A stretch of DNA of 20,000 nt from an uncultured virus (IMG/VR IMGVR_UViG_3300027971_000053) (lineage: Duplodnaviria > Heunggongvirae > Uroviricota > Caudoviricetes), in the IMG/VR virus record IMGVR_UViG_3300027971_000053, one strand, 5' to 3'. Shown here piece after piece: positions 1 to 8,940 of this stretch. The translations under genes were made by a program, and so were the position numbers. How positions within the stretch are numbered: the first letter of the stretch is position 1; each line of letters opens with the position of its first letter. The notes below the pieces were generated by a model. That model saw only the letters and a list, made by a program, of their open reading frames with translations. It was not told the origin of the DNA and did not search any database.

Positions 1-607
1 ATGGATTCTTGTATGCGTTTGCTTCGTCCACAATAACTAGATCGAACTTGCCGTTGGCAATGACTTCTTCAGCAATTAAATTCAAGCCATCATAGTTCAC
101 CACAACGAATTCGTAATTGCCTTGTACCATTTCAACACGTCTTGATGCTTGTACATGGTGCGCCGCAACAACTGAACGATGAATAACACTCTTACCAATA
201 CTGCTTACCCAAGCATCGTGCATGATGGATAGCGGACACAGAATTAAACAACGGCGTACATGCCCTAAAGCCATCAAGTAATCAGCCGCCCATAATGCGG
301 AGAAAGTTTTGCCAGTTCCGGGGTCGTTAAATACAAACGCTCTGCGGTTCATTGTCAAGAAAGATGCCGTATCTATCTGATGTGCAAAGGGTTTATGACG
401 ACCGGGCCAACTGTATTTAGCTTCAATGGGTGATGGCGTATTCTTAACACCTAGGTTGCGGAGCACACGCACTTCATCTAATCCCCAGTACACCGCTACT
501 TCAAACGTGCCGTTGTCTTCGCTAACAACTTTGCTTCTTGGTATGATGCTGTACTTAGATGGGTTGCGTGTCTTAAACAGCAACGCTTTGTTTTCTATGA
601 TCTGCAT
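1..607 (-). CDS. SNF2-like superfamily 2 helicase, N-terminal part (runs off window start)
   Basis: Not in the ORF track. Manual translation from ATG at 607: MQIIENKALLFKTRNP...KPFAHQ (Q motif)...FNDPGTGKT (Walker A)...LILCPLSI (motif Ia)...VVNYDGL...DLVIVDEANAYKNP (Walker B). TAATG overlap with the upstream ORF stop. Confidence 0.9.
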   Translation of the reverse strand, partial: MQIIENKALLFKTRNPSKYSIIPRSKVVSEDNGTFEVAVYWGLDEVRVLRNLGVKNTPSPIEAKYSWPGRHKPFAHQIDTASFLTMNRRAFVFNDPGTGKTFSALWAADYLMALGHVRRCLILCPLSIMHDAWVSSIGKSVIHRSVVAAHHVQASRRVEMVQGNYEFVVVNYDGLNLIAEEVIANGKFDLVIVDEANAYKNP

Positions 608-972
608 TATTCAATAATCCTATACACAGCGTCGTATTGATTAGCTAGGTTGTGCTTCTCCAGCCTACTAGCACCCGTTAAGCGAATCAAAGCTAACCGC
701 CAAAAGTCCTCTTCTCTGAATTTGGCTTCGCTAACCCACTCTCCTCCCCAACGCATTGTCCACATGTCAATCAACGCAGATAGCGGAGCCCTCATAGCTT
801 CGTGTTGTAGGTCTTCTTCGTTTAGAGTTTTAATTCCTCTAGCACCTGCCCGTTGTGCTTTTAGCAGTACTTCTTCTAGTGTTTCTTGTTTTGTTTGTGA
901 CCCTATCAGCGCTATCTGATGCACTCTTTGGTGCTCTAGTGCGTTAGCGTAGTCCTCGTCTGATATTCCCAT
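607..972 (-). CDS. hypothetical phage protein (121 aa)
   Basis: ORF coupled to both neighbours by TAATG overlaps; no recognisable motif. Confidence 0.7.
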   Translation of the reverse strand: MGISDEDYANALEHQRVHQIALIGSQTKQETLEEVLLKAQRAGARGIKTLNEEDLQHEAMRAPLSALIDMWTMRWGGEWVSEAKFREEDFWRLALIRLTGASRLEKHNLANQYDAVYRIIE

Positions 973-1229
973 TACTTGATTGCCCCCTTGGATGTACGTT
1001 TGTACGAGCGGTTCTTGCTAGCTGGTATGGCTTTTAGATTAGAACGTGTTGTTGTACCGCCCTTGCTTAGTGGCTTCTTGTGGTCAACGTCCATGCCGTC
1101 ACCCTTGTGTACCACACCTTCACGCTCTAACATACGGCGTGCTTTGTTGCGCTGAGCACGTTTCTTCTTTACTTTCTCTGTGCCATCGTATGTTGCGTAT
1201 TCTTGTGCGTAGTTGCGTTTCGTTGCCAT
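972..1229 (-). CDS. small HNH endonuclease-like protein
   Basis: DVDHKKPLSKGG...SNL...KNRS, an HNH/HNN-type motif; basic N-terminus. Confidence 0.8.
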   Translation of the reverse strand: MATKRNYAQEYATYDGTEKVKKKRAQRNKARRMLEREGVVHKGDGMDVDHKKPLSKGGTTTRSNLKAIPASKNRSYKRTSKGAIK

Positions 1230-1237
1230 GATTGTCC

Positions 1238-1903
1238 TTAGTGCTTGGGGTTAAATTCACAACCCTTCACTTGGCACCATCCGCATAGCGGTGTGCTGGT
1301 CGGGTTCCAAATGTCATTATCGTAGGATGCTGCCAGTTTTGCTACCCTCTCCCTGTATAGCTGCCAATGGAAATCCTTCTCTTCTACGGTCATCGTTTGC
1401 GTGACCATCGTGTTCTTGACAACAAACAGCAGAGCAGAATTAACTTGGCGTATGTGGGGGAAGTGGGCAAACACCATCAAAGACATTAGGGTTAGCTGAT
1501 CTCGGTCGGGGTACTTGTTGTTGCCTGTCTTGTAGTCCACCACCCTAGCCTTAAACCCATCGTCATCAATGATCAGTAAGTCAGCAATACCACGAACCCA
1601 TACGTCAGGTGAATCAAAGGCACAGGGTTGTAAGTCTTCAGTCAGCCCCATCTCGTGCTCAGTTAGTTTGCGCCCTGTCTTTTTGAGTAGTGCGTCCAGC
1701 GTGGGCTTCATAAATTCGTGCTCGGGGGGTAGGGGTGTGCCGTCCTTGATATAGTGTTCAGCAGACTCGTGCACTTGCTTGCCATATATGGTGTGAACTG
1801 TGTCAGTAAACGGGTAGTTCTTCAGCACCTTTACTTCGTGGAAACGTCTTGCACAGCCCTCGTAGTCCTTAAGTCCTGAGTGCGACCATTTAAATTTAGG
1901 CAT
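1238..1903 (-). CDS. PD-(D/E)XK Cas4/RecB-like exonuclease
   Basis: Likely start MPKFKWSHS at 1903 (the track's 2047 start overlaps another ORF). Motifs WSHS..YEGC, YGKQVH, GIADLLII, VVDYKTG, QL, and C-terminal LCGWCQVKGC (possible Fe-S staple cysteines). Confidence 0.88.
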   Translation of the reverse strand: MPKFKWSHSGLKDYEGCARRFHEVKVLKNYPFTDTVHTIYGKQVHESAEHYIKDGTPLPPEHEFMKPTLDALLKKTGRKLTEHEMGLTEDLQPCAFDSPDVWVRGIADLLIIDDDGFKARVVDYKTGNNKYPDRDQLTLMSLMVFAHFPHIRQVNSALLFVVKNTMVTQTMTVEEKDFHWQLYRERVAKLAASYDNDIWNPTSTPLCGWCQVKGCEFNPKH

Positions 1904-2111
1904 TGTGTTTAGTCCAGTAGTTAAATGCTTTGCGGATTGCTTCGTACTCGGTGTCTGCGGTAAAAAGATGGGATTGTGGATTATCGGGGGCATAAAGGTG
2001 AATGCTTGTGTATTCCTTATTGATGTCTTCACCAACCACATACCCATTCAGCTTCATCATATCAATCATGGTCTGCTCTTCAGCACTCCAGCGTGGCTCG
2101 TAGTAACCCAT
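1896..2111 (-). CDS. hypothetical protein (71 aa)
   Basis: ORF fills the gap between neighbours with short overlaps at both ends. Confidence 0.6.
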   Translation of the reverse strand: MGYYEPRWSAEEQTMIDMMKLNGYVVGEDINKEYTSIHLYAPDNPQSHLFTADTEYEAIRKAFNYWTKHNA

Positions 2112-2416
2112 TAGAATTTCGCAGTCTTAATAGCTTGGTCTAGGCGATCGGAGAACTCAGTAACAAACTTCTCATTGTGGGTCAGCGTACAGCCCATGTC
2201 GTACAAGATTGCGTGAGTAAGCTCGTGCCAAAACGTGTTAGCGCGTTCGTGTGTATCGTACACATAACCCCGAAGTGGGTTGCCCTTGGCTATGGTAATG
2301 GTGTGAGTTTCCTCGTCAAAAGACCCATGACATACGGTGTTTCCTACAACTACACTTTTTTTCGTGCATATCTGGTGGGGGGTATTACCTATGACAACTT
2401 CTTTTGGTATCTTCAT
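2111..2416 (-). CDS. small HExxH zinc metallopeptidase-like protein
   Basis: TFWHELTHAIL (HExxH) followed by HNEKFV; ATGA overlap with the polymerase stop. Confidence 0.7.
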   Translation of the reverse strand: MKIPKEVVIGNTPHQICTKKSVVVGNTVCHGSFDEETHTITIAKGNPLRGYVYDTHERANTFWHELTHAILYDMGCTLTHNEKFVTEFSDRLDQAIKTAKF

Positions 2417-4398
2417 TTAGCTTCTCCATATCGTTTGTTGCATCCTGTTTCGGCATCTAGTGGTATGCCGGGCATGTACGAGGGGTCTTTAACCATCTGC
2501 TCCAAAACCCATTGCTCAGCTTCTTTGGCTTCGTCTTCGGGTACTAGGCACACAACCTCATCGTGCACAGTCAATACGCAGGAATACCTCTTCTGTATCC
2601 TGAGCATGCCATCCGTCATCACACATCTTGCTATTGCTTGTACTACGTTCTCTACAATCTTACCGCCATACAGCTTGCGCCTAGACTTCTCATCGACGCC
2701 ATAAACCCACTGAATACGCCCTTTGTTATCGGCTTCTCCAGTCAAAGCAGGGTACTTTAAAGCAAGTCCACTAGGTAATAGTATACGCTCTTTGTCAAAA
2801 GTTAGGCATTTATGTACATAGGGTTTACCCTGATACATACTATTTCTCACCAACGAGTTGCACAGCTCCCATAGATCGACCACAGGGCTAGCGGCTTCTC
2901 GGTATTTATCAATGATTTTCTTGGCGGCAAGACAATGTATCAGCAATTCTTTCTCCGAACAGGTATGCGGTATGGCACGCATCATTTCCATGTTCTTCTC
3001 CCAACCAATGAAATCATTTACATCTTGCGTAGTTACACCCAACTGCTTGGCAAACGCTTTGTCGTACATGGTAGGTGGCGCACCTAGAAAGCCTGTAAGT
3101 AGTTGTGCAGAGAAGCTAGCCCAACCCATGCCGTAACCACAACCTAGTAGTGCCGACTTAGCGCTTTGCCTGAGATCGGGGTGGGAATTTTTTGTGAGTG
3201 TAGGGATGTCGAACATCTGAGCGCCGAACGACGCATAGGCGTCTTTACCCGATGAGAAGATCTCAAGAAGCGCTTGATAGTCGGCGAGATAAGCCAAGAC
3301 CCGAGGCTCGATTTGTGAGAGGTCACAGACCACCAAGGTATAACCTTTCGGGGCTTGGATAGCTTTACGTAGGAAAGACCCTCGTTTGAGGTTTTGCAGA
3401 TTAAGCCCCGAACCCTTTGACGCTGACCAACGACCTGTGTGTGCGCCGTAGTAGTTGAGCGGGACAGGAAGCGTACCTCGTTGTGATATATCAACGAATC
3501 TCTGCGCTCTTGTGCGTTCAAGCGTTGATTTAACTTTGAGCCTTGCTTCGCACAGTAGGGCAACATCCTCGTTATCGCTGTTAAGTAACGCTTGGAAGAG
3601 TGCGTCGTTTTTAGCAAACGCAAAAGCTTCTTTATTGGTCGTTTTACTGATTTTCTTTGGAGGCACGACCCCAAGTTCAGTAAGTACTCTAGCAAACTGG
3701 TCATTACTAGCAAGCGCCGTTTCGTCAACGTTAATTTTTGCAAGTAATGCTTCACGTTTTTGCTTCTCATCTTTAATCGCTTCACTTAACATCTCCTCGT
3801 CTAGTTCTAATACAGGGTTAGTAAACATCTTGAGCGTCATGTCAATCAACTTAAGCTCTTTCAACGGAAAGCCACCATCAACTTCCATCATTAGGTTCTC
3901 AAAGATACTTTCGCATAGCACAACGTCGTGTGCACAGTAGGCGGCTAACTCTTGCTCGACTTCATACGGCAACTCACTCATACCATTGGTGCTGTGTACT
4001 GCGTTGCCCTTTGGTGGTAGCCCATACACCTCAGCTAGTTTCATTAGGCTGTTGCCTACTTCCACACCCCTAAGAGCACGAGCCATAGATAGAGAGTCAA
4101 AAATAAAGCAAGGACTCGCCCCATAAACCCAGCTAAGGATTGAAATATCGAACTGCGCATTATGCGCAAGCACCGCCGTCCGGCTCCAATCAACCGAGTT
4201 AACCCAGTTTTGTAAGTCATCATGTGATACCCATTGTGGTGGTACATCTACGTCTAGTTGTTTAAAGCACAAGCCAAAGGCTTTGAAGCGAGGATCTCTG
4301 ACGTACTCTTCTGTCGTCATCTTAGATAGCGTGTACTCCTTGCTATCCCACCTCGTCTCGAAGTCAATGACAAGTATCTTGTCGAATGGTGCGCTCAT
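2413..4398 (-). CDS. polA: DNA polymerase family A with 3'-5' exonuclease domain
   Basis: ExoI IDFET, ExoII AHNAQFD, ExoIII YCAHD; HTGRWS, NLQNL, motif A DLSQIEPR, motif B RQSAKSALLGCGYG, motif C TVHDE. Confidence 0.96.
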   Translation of the reverse strand: MSAPFDKILVIDFETRWDSKEYTLSKMTTEEYVRDPRFKAFGLCFKQLDVDVPPQWVSHDDLQNWVNSVDWSRTAVLAHNAQFDISILSWVYGASPCFIFDSLSMARALRGVEVGNSLMKLAEVYGLPPKGNAVHSTNGMSELPYEVEQELAAYCAHDVVLCESIFENLMMEVDGGFPLKELKLIDMTLKMFTNPVLELDEEMLSEAIKDEKQKREALLAKINVDETALASNDQFARVLTELGVVPPKKISKTTNKEAFAFAKNDALFQALLNSDNEDVALLCEARLKVKSTLERTRAQRFVDISQRGTLPVPLNYYGAHTGRWSASKGSGLNLQNLKRGSFLRKAIQAPKGYTLVVCDLSQIEPRVLAYLADYQALLEIFSSGKDAYASFGAQMFDIPTLTKNSHPDLRQSAKSALLGCGYGMGWASFSAQLLTGFLGAPPTMYDKAFAKQLGVTTQDVNDFIGWEKNMEMMRAIPHTCSEKELLIHCLAAKKIIDKYREAASPVVDLWELCNSLVRNSMYQGKPYVHKCLTFDKERILLPSGLALKYPALTGEADNKGRIQWVYGVDEKSRRKLYGGKIVENVVQAIARCVMTDGMLRIQKRYSCVLTVHDEVVCLVPEDEAKEAEQWVLEQMVKDPSYMPGIPLDAETGCNKRYGEAK

Positions 4399-5135
4399 GT
4401 TCTTACCAACTGTCCTGTAAAGCTATACGTGCCGTTGTGTTCTAGTTGTACCCAAGGTGCCGCCCAAACTCTAAAGCCTGCCTTGCGTGCGATCTTACAG
4501 AAGTGATAGTCCTCAGATAACAAGCGACCACCTGACTCTTCGTCAATACTTGTTGCAAAGAACTCTTTAATAAACTTTGGCTTGTACTCATCCGTTGCAC
4601 GCCACATGTCGTTCTTATACTCAGGCACTAGTGGGGCTAACTTCTCAAACACCTCACGTTTAATTAGCATAAAGCCTGTGCCACCGTTTTCAATCTCCAT
4701 TGGTTCATACAACATACCTTCTTGATGTAGCGCACCGCCTACTAAGTTAACTACAAACGCTCCTGTATGTAAGTGGAGTTCTTGCATAGGCACGCCAGCT
4801 TTGACTGCTTCTTCTACCTTGGGCCAATTAATTTCTTTCTTAGGATAGATACCACAGATGATGTCTTTGTCAGCTTCAACCATAGTTGGAACATCCTCGG
4901 GGTTAAAGCCAATGTCTGCATCAATAAACATCAAGTGTGTGCAATCAGTATCCAAGAAGTCGTACGCTAAACTGTTGCGCCCTCGTGTGATAAGTGATTC
5001 GTTGGTCATGTATGCGTACCTAAATGACATTTGTTTACTGCTCATAGCCGATGCCATTTGAATCATGCCGACTGTGTACGTCCCATTACACACACCACCA
5101 TACATAGGTGTTGCTACAAGTAAGTTAGCTTTCAT
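4395..5135 (-). CDS. GT-A fold glycosyltransferase-like protein
   Basis: LLVATPMYGG, NESLITRGRN, THLMFIDADIGF (DxD), GTGFMLIKR and LSEDYHFC motifs typical of phage GT2-like proteins. Confidence 0.8.
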   Translation of the reverse strand: MKANLLVATPMYGGVCNGTYTVGMIQMASAMSSKQMSFRYAYMTNESLITRGRNSLAYDFLDTDCTHLMFIDADIGFNPEDVPTMVEADKDIICGIYPKKEINWPKVEEAVKAGVPMQELHLHTGAFVVNLVGGALHQEGMLYEPMEIENGGTGFMLIKREVFEKLAPLVPEYKNDMWRATDEYKPKFIKEFFATSIDEESGGRLLSEDYHFCKIARKAGFRVWAAPWVQLEHNGTYSFTGQLVRT

Positions 5136-5332
5136 TTCTTTTCTTTCTTTGCTGTTAGTTTTTTACGTAGCTTGATACCAGCTTGAGCGTTTTTGTTTTG
5201 CTCGATGACCTGCGTAATCACCGCCAGTATTCCCTCTTGTACTAAAAACTCCAAACCTTCTTTATCAAAGTTAACAATAGCGTCTGCTGACCCATTTTTA
5301 TTTTCTTTAACTACCTTTAATGTAATTTCCAT
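5132..5332 (-). CDS. hypothetical protein (66 aa)
   Basis: Probable start MEITLKVV at 5332 via TAATG overlap; the track lists the same frame from 5365. Confidence 0.6.
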   Translation of the reverse strand: MEITLKVVKENKNGSADAIVNFDKEGLEFLVQEGILAVITQVIEQNKNAQAGIKLRKKLTAKKEKK

Positions 5333-5514
5333 TATTTGCCACTCCCGATAATGCCCGGTGTCCACACGCTTGGTATTTCTCTAAACGCTTCAAGGCGCTT
5401 GATGAATGGGTGTGGTGTTGGTACGTATGGTTTGAAGTTGTTGCCTGTGCGTGATTGTGCGATGGCAAACTCGTTTGGTTTTGCTTTGTATGTTTCAAAT
5501 TTAGCTGGTTTCAT
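5332..5514 (-). CDS. hypothetical protein (60 aa)
   Basis: ATGA and TAATG overlaps with its neighbours. Confidence 0.55.
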   Translation of the reverse strand: MKPAKFETYKAKPNEFAIAQSRTGNNFKPYVPTPHPFIKRLEAFREIPSVWTPGIIGSGK

Positions 5515-5750
5515 TGTAAAGTCCTGTTCTTGATTAGATTTTTAATGCGATCACTTACTTCTGCGGCGGTTTCTAGTAGTAGCATTGGTAACTCCATCTC
5601 ATCCATATTCAACCCATATACCTTGACGGTTTCTGTTTCGTTGTTGACTATGATTACTGCGGCTGAGTGAATTGCGTTATCTACTGTGCATAGGTTTAAC
5701 TGCTGTTGCACTTCGTCATATGCTTGCTCCTTGGTTCGGTCTTTAATCAT
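5511..5750 (-). CDS. hypothetical protein (79 aa)
   Basis: ATGA overlaps at both ends. Confidence 0.65.
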   Translation of the reverse strand: MIKDRTKEQAYDEVQQQLNLCTVDNAIHSAAVIIVNNETETVKVYGLNMDEMELPMLLLETAAEVSDRIKNLIKNRTLQ

Positions 5751-6049
5751 GGCATTAGCCCTTTATCAATGATGTCGAATACTTCTTGTACGTCGGCAAT
5801 GTTATCTTCGTTTACTACCCTAACAAACCCCTGTGTCTGCCTGATCTTGTCCATCTCTGCCTCTTGTAATGCGGTTGGCTTGTTACTGCCAGCTTTACAC
5901 TCAATAGCAACGAACATACCCCGATAACAACACACAATATCAGGAACCCCACTACGCCCATAGCCACCAGTAGCAGGGAAAAAATAGTAAGCACCGTTCT
6001 TTTTAATAACATCGACAACTTTTTTTTTAACTTTGGCTTCGGGTGTCAT
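5747..6049 (-). CDS. VRR-NUC domain nuclease (Holliday junction resolvase-like)
   Basis: MTPEAKVK...GRSGVPDIVCC...FVAIECKAG...PTALQ, the PD-(D/E)XK VRR-NUC pattern. Confidence 0.88.
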   Translation of the reverse strand: MTPEAKVKKKVVDVIKKNGAYYFFPATGGYGRSGVPDIVCCYRGMFVAIECKAGSNKPTALQEAEMDKIRQTQGFVRVVNEDNIADVQEVFDIIDKGLMP

Positions 6050-6230
6050 AGCGTTTCCTTACCTCGTCAAGACGTTGCAGACAGATTACGATTTTATTTA
6101 GTTGTTGGTTAAGAATCTGTTGATCGCCAACTTGATACGACTTGAGCGCAACAATAACCTCAGCTTCAAGGTTACATAGTGCGGCGTTCTCACGCATCAT
6201 CAATAGAACTTCACCTTCCGACATGGGCAT
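6027..6230 (-). CDS. hypothetical protein (67 aa)
   Basis: ORF with AAGGAG upstream, in operon context. Confidence 0.55.
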   Translation of the reverse strand: MPMSEGEVLLMMRENAALCNLEAEVIVALKSYQVGDQQILNQQLNKIVICLQRLDEVRKRYDTRSQS

Positions 6231-6513
6231 CTTTAATCTCCTTTAAAAACGATTGACCTTTAGCGCCGACAAAAAGATCTACACCCCGTCTGTCGTCTCT
6301 GTCTTGTTTCTCAAGCACAAACTTCTTGGCAATGAGTTTGTGTAAGTACTTGTGCGTGGTGGCTGGTGACATAACTGCTTGTGCTTCAGCTATCTTCAGT
6401 ACTGACATTGTACCTAGCGGTGCTTCTGCATTAACCATGCCTAGTACATACTCTTCTTGCCACGATATTTTGTGGCGGTTTCGTACTACTTGTGTATCGT
6501 ATGCGTTACTCAT
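6211..6513 (-). CDS. MarR-like winged helix-turn-helix protein
   Basis: MSPATTHKYLHKLIAKKFV...DRDDRR (MarR wing DxR motif). Start MSNAYD at 6513 chosen by overlap with the upstream stop. Confidence 0.75.
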   Translation of the reverse strand: MSNAYDTQVVRNRHKISWQEEYVLGMVNAEAPLGTMSVLKIAEAQAVMSPATTHKYLHKLIAKKFVLEKQDRDDRRGVDLFVGAKGQSFLKEIKDAHVGR

Positions 6514-6799
6514 CTTCTTGCTCCTTTGGTTCTTCATCACACCTTTCAATTAGTGCGGCATAGCCACACATATCTACTAAGTTATCTCTATGGTCGGGGT
6601 CGTTGGCAAACCTAGCCACCTTAACTAACACCATCATTGCGGCAACATCTTTTGGTGTGATGGTTGAGTCTAAGTGCTTACGTGCATTTAAATACGCATC
6701 CCACATCACAGCTATGGTTTGCAAGTTCTTAGCTGGATGACCATACGTCTTCTCTCTGTCGCCATAGATAAGAGCATTAGCTTCTTTTAATACGCTCAT
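6506..6799 (-). CDS. DUF6378-like phage protein
   Basis: VLKEANALIYGDREKTYGHP..NLQTIA..W...DVAAMMVLVKVAR...HRDNLVDMCGYAA matches the pattern I recall for this family. Confidence 0.8.
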   Translation of the reverse strand: MSVLKEANALIYGDREKTYGHPAKNLQTIAVMWDAYLNARKHLDSTITPKDVAAMMVLVKVARFANDPDHRDNLVDMCGYAALIERCDEEPKEQEDE

Positions 6800-6800
6800 A

Positions 6801-6992
6801 CTACTTCTCCAAAAAAGGTATGCTTGGTGTTTGCTTTGTCAGTGCGTAGTAATCTAATTGCACCTTAGCGGAGTTAATCATCTTGCCTGCGATGTTGGCT
6901 AACTCAGCCGCATCTGTGTGCTTGACGGTACCACCACGTAGATCACTAAACACTTGTGACAACTGCTCTCTTAACTCAGTTACATTTTTCAT
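6801..6992 (-). CDS. small helical phage protein (63 aa)
   Basis: ELREQL...AAELANIAGKMINSAKVQLDY; ATGA-coupled to the upstream K/R-rich ORF. Confidence 0.7.
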   Translation of the reverse strand: MKNVTELREQLSQVFSDLRGGTVKHTDAAELANIAGKMINSAKVQLDYYALTKQTPSIPFLEK

Positions 6993-7636
6993 TTCTCTAA
7001 CTCCCTTTTAATCATTAGTTGTAAACGTTTTGCTTCAATCAGTTCTTTTGGTATGGCACTTGCGTGCAACCTAAACCCTGTACTCTTTGATAACAGATAT
7101 GCAACATAGTTATCTCTTACTTCTGTTACTAACTTGCCGTTTGACTTGCGTATGTACTCTCTACGCTTTTGCAAATATCCTTCGGGGTCTTTTACCAGTA
7201 GCCTTTGTTTTGCTTCTTGGCGTTGCGCCCTTACCTTCTCAGGATTCTCGGCAAACCTACGCTGTGCCGCTTTTTTTGCTGTTTGCCTTACGTGTTCTTT
7301 GTTGTTATCTCTATACTTTTTCTGTAACTCCTTCCATCTCTCAGGGTTTGCCTTTCGCCACGCTTTAGAGCGCGCACGCATGCGCTCTTTGTTGTAGTTC
7401 TCTTGGTGCCACTCCTTACTATAAGCGTTGCTCTTTTCTTTATTGGCTTGGTAATATGCACGCCGATACTCTCGTTTATATTCTTCCGTCCATTTTGTTT
7501 TCTTAGGTTGAGGTGGGTGCGCTTGGGCATATCGCTCTCTAGCTTTGGCTCGCATTTCCTCCAAGTTCTTTTCACGATACACTTTGTTTTTCTTTCTGTT
7601 GCACTCACGTCGTTTCTCAGGATCTTTGTAAGGCAT
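6989..7636 (-). CDS. K/R/E-rich repetitive helical protein (215 aa), probable nucleic-acid binder
   Basis: Repeated (Y/W)xxxNxE units (YREKNLE, YYQANKE, WRKANPE, YRDNNKE, FAENPE); no catalytic HNH motif seen. Confidence 0.7.
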   Translation of the reverse strand: MPYKDPEKRRECNRKKNKVYREKNLEEMRAKARERYAQAHPPQPKKTKWTEEYKREYRRAYYQANKEKSNAYSKEWHQENYNKERMRARSKAWRKANPERWKELQKKYRDNNKEHVRQTAKKAAQRRFAENPEKVRAQRQEAKQRLLVKDPEGYLQKRREYIRKSNGKLVTEVRDNYVAYLLSKSTGFRLHASAIPKELIEAKRLQLMIKRELEK

Positions 7637-7645
7637 GTTACCCCC

Positions 7646-8518
7646 TTAGAAATTAAACTTAGATAAGATGTCATCGACCTGAGTCTTAACATCGGTACGT
7701 GCACCCACATCCTTGCGTAAGTCTTTCACATCAATACCACCGATGGCTTTCTTTAGCGCCTTGCGTGCGTCATCTAGCTGTGGATCGTTGATTATATTCA
7801 AACTGCTAGCCAAGTCGCACAAATCATGAGCACCATCTAGCAACGAGTCGTGGAACTTGCGGGGCTTAGCCTCACCACTAACATAGTCAATAGACAGGCG
7901 ATCAGACATACGCTTGAGGTGCTCAAGTAATCTACCCTTGATGTCCTTCATCGCATACTCAACTCGCTCGTCAGCAAGGCTTGACAACTTCTTGCGGAGT
8001 TCTTCTTGCGCATCATTGCCGATGTCCACCCTAAAGTCACCCGATGCAGGCACAGGCATGTAGTTCACATTGAAGTTGAACCGATGCTCGATGTCGTTAG
8101 GGTTAGGGTAGTCGTTGCGGTTGAACATATCACCGAGAGCCATAGCTTGTGCAGTAATCAGCGATGGGTACACAGTAACGAACTCAGTAACCAGCCCATG
8201 AAATCTATCCTCTGCTTGTTGTAGCTTAGTATTAAATTCCATAAACTTAGCGCTTGGCAATAGTCGTATACCCGAGTCACTCCAAGGCAACGTATTGTCA
8301 TACACATAGCTACGTGTTTCTGTAACGTGCTGACCTACTACTTCCAACTCGCTACGCCCTGCGAATAGGTTCTTGTTAACTCGAGCCGCACCCTTAGCCT
8401 GTGCATGCTTGTTACTAACCAACTCGTCAGTAGTCGAGCGATCTAGCTTGCGTGCAGTCCATTGTGATACGTTGAGTTCTACTAGTAATGCGCATGTGTC
8501 AATGTTATAGCGTGTCAT
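7646..8518 (-). CDS. DUF3150-like protein (290 aa)
   Basis: LVELNVSQWTARKLD, TLPWSDSGIRLLP, FVTVYP, DYP...F, LNIINDPQL; resembles the phage/ICE family that accompanies AAA-vWA modules (recall, not searched). Confidence 0.6.
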   Translation of the reverse strand: MTRYNIDTCALLVELNVSQWTARKLDRSTTDELVSNKHAQAKGAARVNKNLFAGRSELEVVGQHVTETRSYVYDNTLPWSDSGIRLLPSAKFMEFNTKLQQAEDRFHGLVTEFVTVYPSLITAQAMALGDMFNRNDYPNPNDIEHRFNFNVNYMPVPASGDFRVDIGNDAQEELRKKLSSLADERVEYAMKDIKGRLLEHLKRMSDRLSIDYVSGEAKPRKFHDSLLDGAHDLCDLASSLNIINDPQLDDARKALKKAIGGIDVKDLRKDVGARTDVKTQVDDILSKFNF

Positions 8519-8527
8519 ACATCCCCC

Positions 8528-8926
8528 TTAGTTAATGCCTAGTTGTTTGAATAAATCATCAAGGTCATCCATCTTCTCGGTGCGTGTGATGAGTACAAAG
8601 CGCTTGTCATCTGATGCACCTACCTTATGACATTGCTTACCCCACAACACAGTAGCCGTTGATGACGCTGAACCATACACAGTTTCTAAATCGTATGGTG
8701 ATACCGGTATGCGTGCCGTCTGATTAACCGCTATGTGATCAAGGTAAGGCTTGATGTGCTTACGAATGACGCCGTACGGATACTTCGCTGGTCTGCGTTT
8801 GGATTTGGAAACGACTTCCAACTCGCCGTACTTCTTAAGATCAACGTCGATGATGGCATACTTAGCGCCGATTGCGTTTAACAATTTAACTGCGTTGGTC
8901 AATGCTTTTGTATGAACAGTATTCAT
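8528..8926 (-). CDS. hypothetical protein (132 aa)
   Basis: ORF with AAGGAG upstream, within the AAA/vWA operon. Confidence 0.7.
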   Translation of the reverse strand: MNTVHTKALTNAVKLLNAIGAKYAIIDVDLKKYGELEVVSKSKRRPAKYPYGVIRKHIKPYLDHIAVNQTARIPVSPYDLETVYGSASSTATVLWGKQCHKVGASDDKRFVLITRTEKMDDLDDLFKQLGIN

Positions 8927-8940
8927 AGTTGTAGTGCTCC

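Noticed and set aside
107..112. Additional GAATTC site
   Set aside because: It lacks the GGAGA/TCTCC arms; an ordinary hexamer inside the helicase gene.
3144..3785. 213-aa alternative-frame ORF inside polA
   Set aside because: Fully nested in the polymerase, with no motif or evident RBS; likely a codon-bias by-product.
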